Positions 56,601 to 64,000 of a stretch of 64,000 nucleotides of DNA are shown one piece after another. Position 1 is the first letter of the stretch; each line of letters starts with the position of its first letter. Origin of the DNA: a virus; the IMG/VR virus record IMGVR_UViG_3300014613_000001, positions 1-64,000 of that record. One strand, given 5' to 3'. A program made the position numbers and the translations under genes. The notes below the pieces were generated by a model. It was not told the origin of the DNA. It saw nothing but the letters and a program-made list of their open reading frames with translations, and did no database searches.

Positions 56601-57919
56601 ACAATCTGGCCATCTATCGGACCTACCTGTACCCAACTGACCTGGGCATCGCGACGAACCCAGACACGAGCGCCGACTACACGACCGGAGATGTGGTTGA
56701 GCGCTTTGCCCCCCTTTCGGGTGGTGTGACGGTCACGGATTATGTGGACGATCCTGACTGGTTCTCGGTATTTGTAGGCTCTGGCGACTTCTATGAGCCC
56801 GAGAAGCTGCACAGGTGGGGTGTCATCGTCGACGCCGACGCTTTTGATCTCGTCAATTTGCTGTTCCTGATCAGCTATCTTCGCTTCTACAAGCCAAAGC
56901 ACACGGATCCGTTCTTCGCGGTGGTCAAAGAAGTCGCGGAGATCATAGATGTCGCTGATCCAGTTCTCATGGGCCCGATGCCCCCGGTGGGCTACACATA
57001 CCCCGATTCGTGGAACCCCTACACGTACCCTCCGTCGTGGGCAGATTCTCCTCATGAGGTCACACGCGCAGCCATCACGAGTCACTACCCGACGACGCCT
57101 CCTGTCCCAACCTACTCTGCCGAGTTCGGGGGTCTGCGGCTGAGTGATGCCCCCGCTCTATGCCCGGACGGGTGGGCACACCCCTGGGTCGGGCCCCCTG
57201 GACCTGCAGAGGCCTCGTGGCTCGACGGTCATCTTCATGCTGCTACGAGAAGCGAGGGCTCGTTCAGGTACGATGAGACCGATGAGAGCGGACATCCTAT
57301 CCATCGGTTTGACGATCATCTGGCATCAGTGAACTTGTGTCTGGATGATGACATGGAGGATGGTCTGGCGCCCGGGGCTCCTGGCAGCCCGTGGGCACTG
57401 AACGATGTCGGTGGGTTGGGGCTCGCCATCACCGCGATCAAGTCGAACGCCCAGAATCACACGGTGCTGGGGGCAGATTCCCTGTACATCACATCTCTCG
57501 GAACTCATACGGGTGTGGAGCAGGTGCTTGCAGGAGCTATCGACACAGGTTTTCAGGTCACGGCAAGGTTCTGGGTGTACCGCACCTGGGGTCAGGCGTA
57601 TTTCCGTCTACTTGATCAAGACAACCCGCAGACGGTGTTGGCGGAGTGGCGGCACGGAACACACTATGCTCAGTGGCATCAGATTACGCTGCATGCTTGG
57701 TCGGTCAGTGCCCAAGCCGTCAACAACATCACGATCCAGATGCTCACTGGTCCCGCGGGAGGGACTTTCTACGTGGACGACATCGAGATATGTGAGAAGC
57801 TGATGCCATGGAATCAGTGGGGTTACGATAAGCAGGTTTGCGGGCGTACAGGGAACTACACGTTCGGTGGATCACCTGACGAAGACCTCACTTTACAACT
57901 TGCGATACCGGTGCCCTGA
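53627..57919 (+). CDS. large baseplate/tail protein with PKD-like and DUF2793-like segments
   Basis: FDGRGSYDPD...LTYNWTL (PKD-like); PPGMPTAADAYLV...GLWAGHEGEIATWSGAAWVFTTP (DUF2793-like). Confidence 0.6.
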   Translation: MGTYGLFLYGGGHYGTSTLPVSVPWDIFDFCEPTDATMLLLLSFPEVTAARFGGVFSWFNVSNDYCMYSDDGVDSGIRIDLSIPSNTYSLQFSILPTSLPDDFSALATNRVFFGLFNPFGGTIGLYLSENGGIALGDGSGTCTAFVDSADIFNEGLDYYTFRVTVSEADGRANLYVTRQDVLASTGVHELRYTFNPLATPGGESDNIRIEIVGTVADPAEICLDCFRFSSAEVISGTRRPVAVIDDDQARTLNQYGYFDGRGSYDPDTPPQPLTYNWTLEDAPESSSLWLTGAGTTPVDVSGYTNIINGAAGVFDSVVEGDLAVGDVGSSPVMRVASDGSWIALVNDVMAANTTVTWRILQQSCWGGARITGLVMEDVLDRLNVPPGMPTAADAYLVIAVAAGLWAGHEGEIATWSGAAWVFTTPAVGQMVFVISELESYRTDGGAPALWYVSDPYPWELDYWEGRSLSVGVILGDIIGLYTVSLVVSDSVRISIPAEALLNLYQNNIPLGLTPDLSFIWGYLSDFWPLVENRERVTTVWSAIAQLGADELMKLWQNDYSKSIMDIQRLFQRRWLNFDPWYEEPAYDTDPATIENAVVDGGYASIPTPVPVVGDLAVDAEHTYVLDAGDMPSGVTSVHYLVLDGIAYRIARTRGDSVITSDVLSTTDRSNHWMVKPSVTSKTLNFSSLGVAAGDSAVFEIRYDGDTVEEIPTYIWGVRGSTLIFEDRLVSAYISDDDYEIYFKGVLRRSVLAVDDLVVGVPRLQEVININGVDGAPAALIEGNDFRVEVVTTIEEVEVNTIQMLDTWFPVVMRGYAGATINPNHEYFDDATVDFEVEFGVGADLRGYVLELSGVSYRLYQVVSATRIELEDSALQTVPALAGERWKIRSISDPPDVLWAEVTYLDNRPAIETFGKLVGFTLDDLEARTGDLDYLSAVQGLWYYVWGARTLYRTRVGSQIILGLPFAESAGTITEIRDPFDATRSRIVIQDTDNLAIYRTYLYPTDLGIATNPDTSADYTTGDVVERFAPLSGGVTVTDYVDDPDWFSVFVGSGDFYEPEKLHRWGVIVDADAFDLVNLLFLISYLRFYKPKHTDPFFAVVKEVAEIIDVADPVLMGPMPPVGYTYPDSWNPYTYPPSWADSPHEVTRAAITSHYPTTPPVPTYSAEFGGLRLSDAPALCPDGWAHPWVGPPGPAEASWLDGHLHAATRSEGSFRYDETDESGHPIHRFDDHLASVNLCLDDDMEDGLAPGAPGSPWALNDVGGLGLAITAIKSNAQNHTVLGADSLYITSLGTHTGVEQVLAGAIDTGFQVTARFWVYRTWGQAYFRLLDQDNPQTVLAEWRHGTHYAQWHQITLHAWSVSAQAVNNITIQMLTGPAGGTFYVDDIEICEKLMPWNQWGYDKQVCGRTGNYTFGGSPDEDLTLQLAIPVP

Positions 57920-58227
57920 TGGCTGCGATACCGAAATACGACTCTGGTTGGTGCTTCGACGCAGCGAATGCGCCGGACCCACAACGGCTCGCCGGCCCAG
58001 CTCCGGGGCCGCTTCCACCTGCTGATTGGACGGCCCCGGGTGTGTCTATCACCCCGTGGTACGGCCCCTACGGCCCTACTGTGGACACGTGGAAGGCAGC
58101 TACGGGGCACGGAGCGGGCTACGGAGCGGTGGCGACACCTACGTTGAGCTGGAGATTTGACCAAGCTCTACCAACCGGGTGGTATACTAGGATCACACGG
58201 AGTAAGAAGTACTCGGGGTTGCAATGA
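57919..58227 (+). CDS. small structural protein
   Basis: TGATG coupling; Pro/Gly/Trp-rich. Confidence 0.5.
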   Translation: MAAIPKYDSGWCFDAANAPDPQRLAGPAPGPLPPADWTAPGVSITPWYGPYGPTVDTWKAATGHGAGYGAVATPTLSWRFDQALPTGWYTRITRSKKYSGLQ

Positions 58228-58967
58228 ACTTTTCGGAAAAGATCAAAGTCGTAGAGCGAGCGCAGCTCAACAGAGGACCCCGTGGAGGTCGCCGGTCCCC
58301 AATCATGGGGCTGGATCCGACTGGCGAGTCCAATGTTCGCATCCGGCTGATCGACCCTAAGACGGGTCGTGTGGCTGAGGAGCGGACGAGTCACAACATC
58401 TTCGTCGACTACGGTCGGGATTGGCTGGCGCACCTTTGCTCCTATGACACGGGGTACACTCACTTTCGAGAAGATCGACCTCGGTACATGGCGTTCGGTA
58501 TCGGCGGAACCAGTCAGCTCATCGCACCCGCGGTCATCCGAGCAGCTCATGCTGCCTGGGCTGGGTTTACGGATGACTGGGCGATCCCAGCTCCCGGCGC
58601 TGGTACCACGGGCCCGCTGCAGACCGATGTCGATCCGACCATCACGGCCATGGAGTGGCCAGTTGAGGTGACGCTCGGCAACTACTACGACCCCATCTCG
58701 GCGCCTGCTACGTTTCCCGCAACAGGGATTGTGCGTTTTACTTCGGTCCTCGGTATCAACGAGGTGAGCTTCGGCGCCTATGCCAGCGTCCCGTTGTCAG
58801 AGATCGCGCTCATTACGTCGGGGATCGTGGGTTCGACCGCCAATCCTCCGGTGATCCATGGTGCGCTACCGGCAGAGAAGTTCATGGTGGCCTATAACAC
58901 CTTCGATACGATCTCGAAGACTTCAGCTTTCGTGCTCCAGGCGGACTGGGAGCTCAGATTCTCGTAG
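58224..58967 (+). CDS. tail-collar/fibre attachment protein
   Basis: HNIFVDYGRDWLA, YMAFGIGG, VRFTSVL, LSEIAL, ADWELRF pattern. Confidence 0.55.
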   Translation: MNFSEKIKVVERAQLNRGPRGGRRSPIMGLDPTGESNVRIRLIDPKTGRVAEERTSHNIFVDYGRDWLAHLCSYDTGYTHFREDRPRYMAFGIGGTSQLIAPAVIRAAHAAWAGFTDDWAIPAPGAGTTGPLQTDVDPTITAMEWPVEVTLGNYYDPISAPATFPATGIVRFTSVLGINEVSFGAYASVPLSEIALITSGIVGSTANPPVIHGALPAEKFMVAYNTFDTISKTSAFVLQADWELRFS

Positions 58968-58976
58968 GAGTGATCA

Positions 58977-61382
58977 ATGACGTTCAGAACTTCGGCCATT
59001 CTGCTTGACACGTGTGATGCGGATACCGGTGACACTCCGACCAAGAATGTGGGATGTCGATTCATTGGTCAGTTCGAGGAAGCCACGACCGCGATCGCAA
59101 ACAGAGGTCCGCTCGCGCTGTCACAGAACACGGATCACCTCTATGGGACGAGAGGGTGGGACGCCGTTTGCGGTCCGGCAGGGGATTTGAACTGCGACTA
59201 CGCCGGCGATGATTCGCTCATGACCGCATTAGCAGCACTCGGGGACGGATGTCGCATCTATGTAAAGCCGGGGACATACACTCCTACAGCATCAATAGTG
59301 ATCAATGGGAACGGTGTGACGATAGTCGGAGGCTCTCGATCTGACGGAGCTGTCGGTTCTGTCTTGTTCGATATGTCCGGAGGGGCGTTCGATTTTCAGT
59401 TCACAGGTGTGTGCATAGCAGTTCAGGGATTGGATATCGCCTTTGGGGGAGCTGGCGGGGATCTGCTTATCACTAGCGATCTAAATCGTCTGGTTCTGGT
59501 GTCGGTCACAGGAGAGACACTGAACACTATTGCTGGCAGTGAGAATCTCATTGAAAACTGTAGCTTGGGTATTTCGGCTGACATTACGTTGGCGGGAGAC
59601 GAGAATATCGTTCGTCGGAATCGTATCCACAATAGCATCGTTATGTCTGGGAACGACAACCACGTTCACGACAACGACATCAACGGGGCCGTGACGGTGA
59701 CCGGTGATCGGTCGATCGTTGAGATGTGTGATATCGACGGTGTTCTGGATTGTGACGGAGCGAATCGTTGTTCTTTCCGTAACTTGACCGTGGGAGTTGG
59801 TGCTCGGGGGATTCATATCCACAACGCATGTGAGTTCCTCAACTTCCAGAACATCCGTGTACTGCTCGAATCCGTGGATGATTCCAACCCCTCCATCGAG
59901 ATCTATTCAGGGACGGACTGTTCTTTCAGCAATATAGAGGTCGAGGCGGGTGCCGCTGGGCCGACTCAGGTGAGCCTGTACATCCGAGCTTCGGAGCGGA
60001 TCTCGTTCAAGGACAGTGTCATCGCGGCCTACGATACTTATGCGCTACATCTTGAGCGTGACAGCTCCCTCGTGGAATTCGACAACGTCAAGTTTTCAGG
60101 ACGTGGGCAGGTCATCGAAACTTATGATGGCGGCGCGGGTGTGGCCAATAACACCAATGCAGCATTTCGTAATTGTCATGTTTACAATACCGGTGTAGCG
60201 CATAATTCACATTTGGCGAGCTTTATCGCCAGGGATGACTACACTGGTCAAAATCCGATAGGGATTGTGCTTGATAACTGTCTCTTTGAAGATCAGAATT
60301 GCTCTTTCTCTAACGGCATCGCTGGTCCCATGGCTCTTCTGTATCTTATTGGGGTAAGTGCCAGAGATATTCAGATTGATTGTTCAACTTCGGTTATGAA
60401 CCAAGACGGTCCTGTTTTGTACATGAAGCAGTCTTGTGCCAGGAGCGTCCATATAGAGACGGGTGTCGGTGCTGGTTTGGCACTGGGTGTGGCTTGCAGT
60501 GAAGGTATCGTAGAGGTTATTGAATCGGAATTGTACGATCTTGTTCTTCAAACACATGGTAGCTGGAAAAAGCCTGCGCTCTATGTGCGCGGTGGAGTTC
60601 CAGTGGTTGATCGTCCGATAAAAACGGCTATCGTCGATGGGGCTACCTTTCCGAGGCAAAACGATTGGTGGAATATCAGCACTGGAGCTGGTGTAGACGG
60701 TAGCAAGGCGCTTCTCGCACAAGTGTTGGACAATGCAGTCGTTCGGCATGTCAAATGGACAGACGACAATGATACACACACGCCTGAGGTTACTGATTGC
60801 CTGTTCACTCTCGAGGGTGACAGTGCAGCGATGGAGGAGTGCTTTATTTATCATGTTGATGGGCAACTAGACTATGTTATCCGAGTCGGTAACACTGGAG
60901 TTCCGGCAGACAATATCCGGATTGCCAATAATTACATTAGGCTTACCGACCCGCGCGCGGGTGGTGTTGCTCTGAAGAATTGTATTCTCTGCGCAGATCC
61001 TACCGGTGCTGACATATCTGAGCATGGGACGATCGAAGGCAATTTCATCCGGTGGGAAGGGGACGGAAACGGCCCCGGGCCGCTTTTGACTGAAGCACCG
61101 ATTTATGTAGGTCTGAACAACTATTTTTGGAAGGTTATCAATAATCACATAGAAGTGAAGGACATCACAGCAGCCGCGGCGGGGCTGACAATGATCTACT
61201 TCGAGTCTCCCCTGTTTCCAGCTGGCGGTGCTGCTGCCGGAGGACAAGCTGGAGGTAGCGCGATCTGTATGGGGAATACCATCCGTAATCTCAATACACT
61301 CGGCGGGAACCTTCTGCCAGCCATCACTGCAACTGGCGGCGTGGTAATTGGAGCCGCACTCAATGTCCTCTGTAACGATTAG
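58977..61382 (+). CDS. tail spike/fibre with right-handed beta-helix (depolymerase-like)
   Basis: GCRIYVKPGTY, NGVTIVG and repeated N/D/I-rich beta-helix rungs. Confidence 0.7.
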   Translation: MTFRTSAILLDTCDADTGDTPTKNVGCRFIGQFEEATTAIANRGPLALSQNTDHLYGTRGWDAVCGPAGDLNCDYAGDDSLMTALAALGDGCRIYVKPGTYTPTASIVINGNGVTIVGGSRSDGAVGSVLFDMSGGAFDFQFTGVCIAVQGLDIAFGGAGGDLLITSDLNRLVLVSVTGETLNTIAGSENLIENCSLGISADITLAGDENIVRRNRIHNSIVMSGNDNHVHDNDINGAVTVTGDRSIVEMCDIDGVLDCDGANRCSFRNLTVGVGARGIHIHNACEFLNFQNIRVLLESVDDSNPSIEIYSGTDCSFSNIEVEAGAAGPTQVSLYIRASERISFKDSVIAAYDTYALHLERDSSLVEFDNVKFSGRGQVIETYDGGAGVANNTNAAFRNCHVYNTGVAHNSHLASFIARDDYTGQNPIGIVLDNCLFEDQNCSFSNGIAGPMALLYLIGVSARDIQIDCSTSVMNQDGPVLYMKQSCARSVHIETGVGAGLALGVACSEGIVEVIESELYDLVLQTHGSWKKPALYVRGGVPVVDRPIKTAIVDGATFPRQNDWWNISTGAGVDGSKALLAQVLDNAVVRHVKWTDDNDTHTPEVTDCLFTLEGDSAAMEECFIYHVDGQLDYVIRVGNTGVPADNIRIANNYIRLTDPRAGGVALKNCILCADPTGADISEHGTIEGNFIRWEGDGNGPGPLLTEAPIYVGLNNYFWKVINNHIEVKDITAAAAGLTMIYFESPLFPAGGAAAGGQAGGSAICMGNTIRNLNTLGGNLLPAITATGGVVIGAALNVLCND

Positions 61383-61391
61383 GAGAGTGAG

Positions 61392-61790
61392 ATGGACGAA
61401 ATAGGAACGATCTTCCGTGCGTGGCCTGTGCTGCTTATCGGAGTGCTGGTCTACTTGATCATGTATGCCTTCACGAAGGCCGGGGAGCTGCTGTGGAAGG
61501 TGAAGAAGCTCCGCAAGACCCTGAAGGTGCTGGGCGCCGTCGCCCCGTGGCTTCCCTGGGCATTCGGTGGTGGTCTGGGAGCCATCCCGATCTGGCCGAG
61601 GCCCGGGTTGGTTCTGGAGCTTCCTGACAATCTTCAGGTCTGGGCGATGGTGCTGCTTGGTATCGTGGCCGGAGCTCTGTATGAGCGCATCTGGAAGTCG
61701 GTGAAGCAGGTCTTGGAGGCGCAGGGCATCGATGTCGATCTGGATATGCCACCGAAGGAGCAGACAAGGCTCAAGGAAGCGCTGAAATGA
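61392..61790 (+). CDS. membrane protein (holin-like)
   Basis: Three hydrophobic helices and a charged C-terminus. Confidence 0.5.
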   Translation: MDEIGTIFRAWPVLLIGVLVYLIMYAFTKAGELLWKVKKLRKTLKVLGAVAPWLPWAFGGGLGAIPIWPRPGLVLELPDNLQVWAMVLLGIVAGALYERIWKSVKQVLEAQGIDVDLDMPPKEQTRLKEALK

Positions 61791-62254
61791 TCTGGTGGCT
61801 CCCACTAGCGCTGGTGCTCCCGTTCTTTTTTCTGTGGTGCGCCGCCCACGAGGGGGCGCACGCTTTGGGAGCCAAACGCGAGGGGTTGGCTATCAGGGCC
61901 TTCAAGCCCTATCCGCATATGATCGGGACCAGGTTCAACTTCGCCGCGGTCTATTACAGCGGCCCGAGCTCCTCGACCTTCACGAAGATCGCACCCTTTG
62001 TTTTCGATCTGATTGCCTTTGCCCCCTTGGCTGTTCTACTCTTTTTCGTGGAGAACGCGTGGATCTGGACAGTGTTGGCGACGTTGGCTGCCTGTCCGGT
62101 GGTCAATTCAATCATCGCTGTCCAGGGTGCAGTCAGGAGGAACGAGCACGCTGATCTGAGCAAAGCTCCTGCAGGCTGGGCCGTGGTGGTAATGTACTTG
62201 ATCCTCTGCTACGCCGCGACGTTCTCCGTTATTGTGTTCTCGAGGTTCTCATGA
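61787..62254 (+). CDS. membrane protein with HExxH motif (M50-like metalloprotease)
   Basis: AAHEGAHALG inside a TM segment; AP...D and NS...D motifs. Confidence 0.55.
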   Translation: MIWWLPLALVLPFFFLWCAAHEGAHALGAKREGLAIRAFKPYPHMIGTRFNFAAVYYSGPSSSTFTKIAPFVFDLIAFAPLAVLLFFVENAWIWTVLATLAACPVVNSIIAVQGAVRRNEHADLSKAPAGWAVVVMYLILCYAATFSVIVFSRFS

Positions 62255-62745
62255 TCAACTTCTTCTCCTTCTCTGACGAGCTGGTAAAGATCGCTAACTC
62301 GCGTCTGATAGCAGAGGGTGAGAAGAAGCTGTTGCTGCACGCCGGGATACCACTCGTTGGGAGACTTCCAAAGGACCCAGAGAAAGCCAGGGAACGTCTG
62401 GGGATGCTCGTGGAGAGTGAGAAGGCTCACCCGGTTTTGGGGTACAAGAACGTGGCGGTCCGCGAGTCAGCCATGCCAGATCTGGCCGCGATGGGGTTCA
62501 AGCCCACCAGGATTGCTACCCCGCTGCCCGGGGAGAAGGCGTTCACGACATCATGGCGTTCCGGGACGCTGCATACGCACAAGCTCGGTCCGCTCTACAT
62601 GGTGCACAAGGATAAAGCTGCTCCGAACGCGGGTCGATTTGGATACTTCAGTGTCGCTGGGGTCAAACACGGGATCACTGAGGGCATACCGTCTCTCGTC
62701 AAACGTCTTCGCGAGAAGGAGCTGCTTGTGAAGGAGTTTCTATGA
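62251..62745 (+). CDS. hypothetical protein with FSDELxKIA N-terminus
   Basis: ATGA-coupled. Confidence 0.55.
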   Translation: MINFFSFSDELVKIANSRLIAEGEKKLLLHAGIPLVGRLPKDPEKARERLGMLVESEKAHPVLGYKNVAVRESAMPDLAAMGFKPTRIATPLPGEKAFTTSWRSGTLHTHKLGPLYMVHKDKAAPNAGRFGYFSVAGVKHGITEGIPSLVKRLREKELLVKEFL

Positions 62746-63074
62746 AGGCGTTGAAGAGAGCGTGGGAGTGGTTCAAGAGGAACTGGAAGTGGGTGGTCTT
62801 TCCCGTGGGTCTGCTGTCCACTATCATTACCATATTGGCGGCGGCCTGGGGTGCAGAACGTCATGTAACGCCAACACCTGATCTCGATGAGGAAGCTCGA
62901 AAGGCTCTTACACGGTTGAGGCAAGCTGAGCTGGATCGGGATGTGAAGGTCGCTGAGCTTGAGATCGCGCACAAGGAGCGGCTGGAGACGTTGTCCGAGG
63001 ATCAGAAAGAAGAGCTCAAGGAGCTCAAGGACAAACCGCTCGAGGAGGTCGTAGCGTGGTTCGATCAATTGTAA
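62742..63074 (+). CDS. membrane-anchored coiled-coil protein (possible spanin-like)
   Basis: One TM helix followed by a charged coiled coil. Confidence 0.5.
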   Translation: MKALKRAWEWFKRNWKWVVFPVGLLSTIITILAAAWGAERHVTPTPDLDEEARKALTRLRQAELDRDVKVAELEIAHKERLETLSEDQKEELKELKDKPLEEVVAWFDQL

Positions 63075-63256
63075 ACTTCGGGTCATTCAGCGATGAGCTC
63101 CAGAAGATCGCTGCGATGCGCTACAGCTCCAAGCCCGCCATTAGCTTTCGGAAGGTGGGCTTGAAGGGTATCTGGGAGGCTCTGACGAAGGGCGATCCCA
63201 TCACAAAGAAGAAGGGCGTTTCCCGTATGATGGGCGGCGCGGGGTTCGGGGGATAG
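63056..63256 (+). CDS. small protein with FSDELxKIA motif
   Basis: FGSFSDELQKIAA. Confidence 0.45.
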   Translation: MVRSIVNFGSFSDELQKIAAMRYSSKPAISFRKVGLKGIWEALTKGDPITKKKGVSRMMGGAGFGG

Positions 63257-63292
63257 CCCCCATAAGCTCGGCAAGAGCAGGGAGATTCAGAA

Positions 63293-64000
63293 ATGGCATC
63301 AGACACTTTTTTCGCTCCGTATGAGCAAGCGAAGAATGCTCACCTGATCAGGCCGACGGGCGGGCTGAAGGGTGAGATTTTCGATCTCCGAGAGGATGTC
63401 TCGGACGGGTTTGCGCGCGTGGATGCCGTCGTCGGCGCTCGATCGCAGAAGAACCCCGTGCGTATGGCGACAGCCGCCGCACTGGGTGCCTACGTCCAGG
63501 CAGGAACAGGTCCCGGGGCGACGCTGACTCAGGTGGCCGCGGCCGTCGAGGCTATCGACGGGGTAACTCCTGTCGTCGGTGATCGAGTCCTGGTCAAGGA
63601 TGGGTCCGCCGGTGAGGACAACGGTATCTACACCGTGACCGTGGTTGGTACGGGTGTGATCAAGCAGGTGCTCACTCGAGCTGTGGACTTTGACGACGCC
63701 GCTGATGTGGTGAGCGGTGCCATCATCCCCGTGACCGAGGGCACGGCGCACGACAACACGATCTGGATGCTCACCACCAACAACCCGATCACGTTGGACA
63801 CCACCCCGCTCCTCTTCCAGGAGGTGCTGACAGACCTGGTTCCGACCAAGGATCCGGTTCGGTTGGCCACGGCTGCCGCGCTGGGTGCTTGTACCGCGGC
63901 GGGGACGGGTCCCGGCAAGACCCTGACTCAGGATGTGGCCGCCATCGAGAACATCGACGGTGTCGCACCTGTGGCCGGCGATCGTGTCTTGATCAAGGAT
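63293..64000 (+). CDS. repeat-containing fibre/decoration protein (partial, runs off the window)
   Basis: Open from ATG 63293 to the window end and absent from the ORF track; tandem ~120-aa repeats with IDGV...GDRVL(V/I)KD...NGIY...LTRAVDFD. Confidence 0.75.
   Translation, partial: MASDTFFAPYEQAKNAHLIRPTGGLKGEIFDLREDVSDGFARVDAVVGARSQKNPVRMATAAALGAYVQAGTGPGATLTQVAAAVEAIDGVTPVVGDRVLVKDGSAGEDNGIYTVTVVGTGVIKQVLTRAVDFDDAADVVSGAIIPVTEGTAHDNTIWMLTTNNPITLDTTPLLFQEVLTDLVPTKDPVRLATAAALGACTAAGTGPGKTLTQDVAAIENIDGVAPVAGDRVLIKD

Noticed and set aside
26405-64000. Many long alternative-frame and antisense ORFs in the ORF track
   Set aside because: Shadows of long plus-strand genes in GC-rich DNA, with Arg/Pro/Ser-rich translations and no RBS
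1-64000. tRNA, rRNA, integrase, cas1/cas2, terminase and major capsid genes
   Set aside because: None recognisable by eye in this window; they may lie elsewhere in the genome

Overview
A 64-kb segment of a large tailed (myovirus-like, probably jumbo) phage genome; host unknown. Positions 1-14.3 kb hold short plus-strand early/accessory genes (MazG-like, RNase HII, many hypotheticals). 14.7-17.4 kb is a minus-strand accessory block. 17.6-26.3 kb holds a tail-assembly chaperone pair with a -1 slippery site, GroES, an RHH protein and hypotheticals. 26.4-64 kb is a virion/morphogenesis block (tape-measure-like, hub, baseplate J, beta-helix tail proteins) that also carries a sigma factor and a multi-enzyme polyprotein ending in LigD-phosphoesterase plus DNA ligase. 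The standout is a Cas12m-like (type V-M) effector with a non-canonical RuvC (3458-5305) and no cas1/cas2 in the window. Its 31-36 nt CRISPR-type repeat is not in one array: I counted 23 copies scattered over 1.8-16.9 kb, as mini-arrays and solitary repeats between genes. 21 copies follow the local transcription direction and several sit just upstream of ribosome-binding sites. The two antisense copies each have their own TTGACA-N16-TAAGCT promoter. This suggests a phage gene-regulatory use of CRISPR-Cas12m. A symmetric, AT-cored palindromic locus at 13.8-14.7 kb is a candidate origin or terminus. All family assignments come from motifs read by eye; no searches were run.
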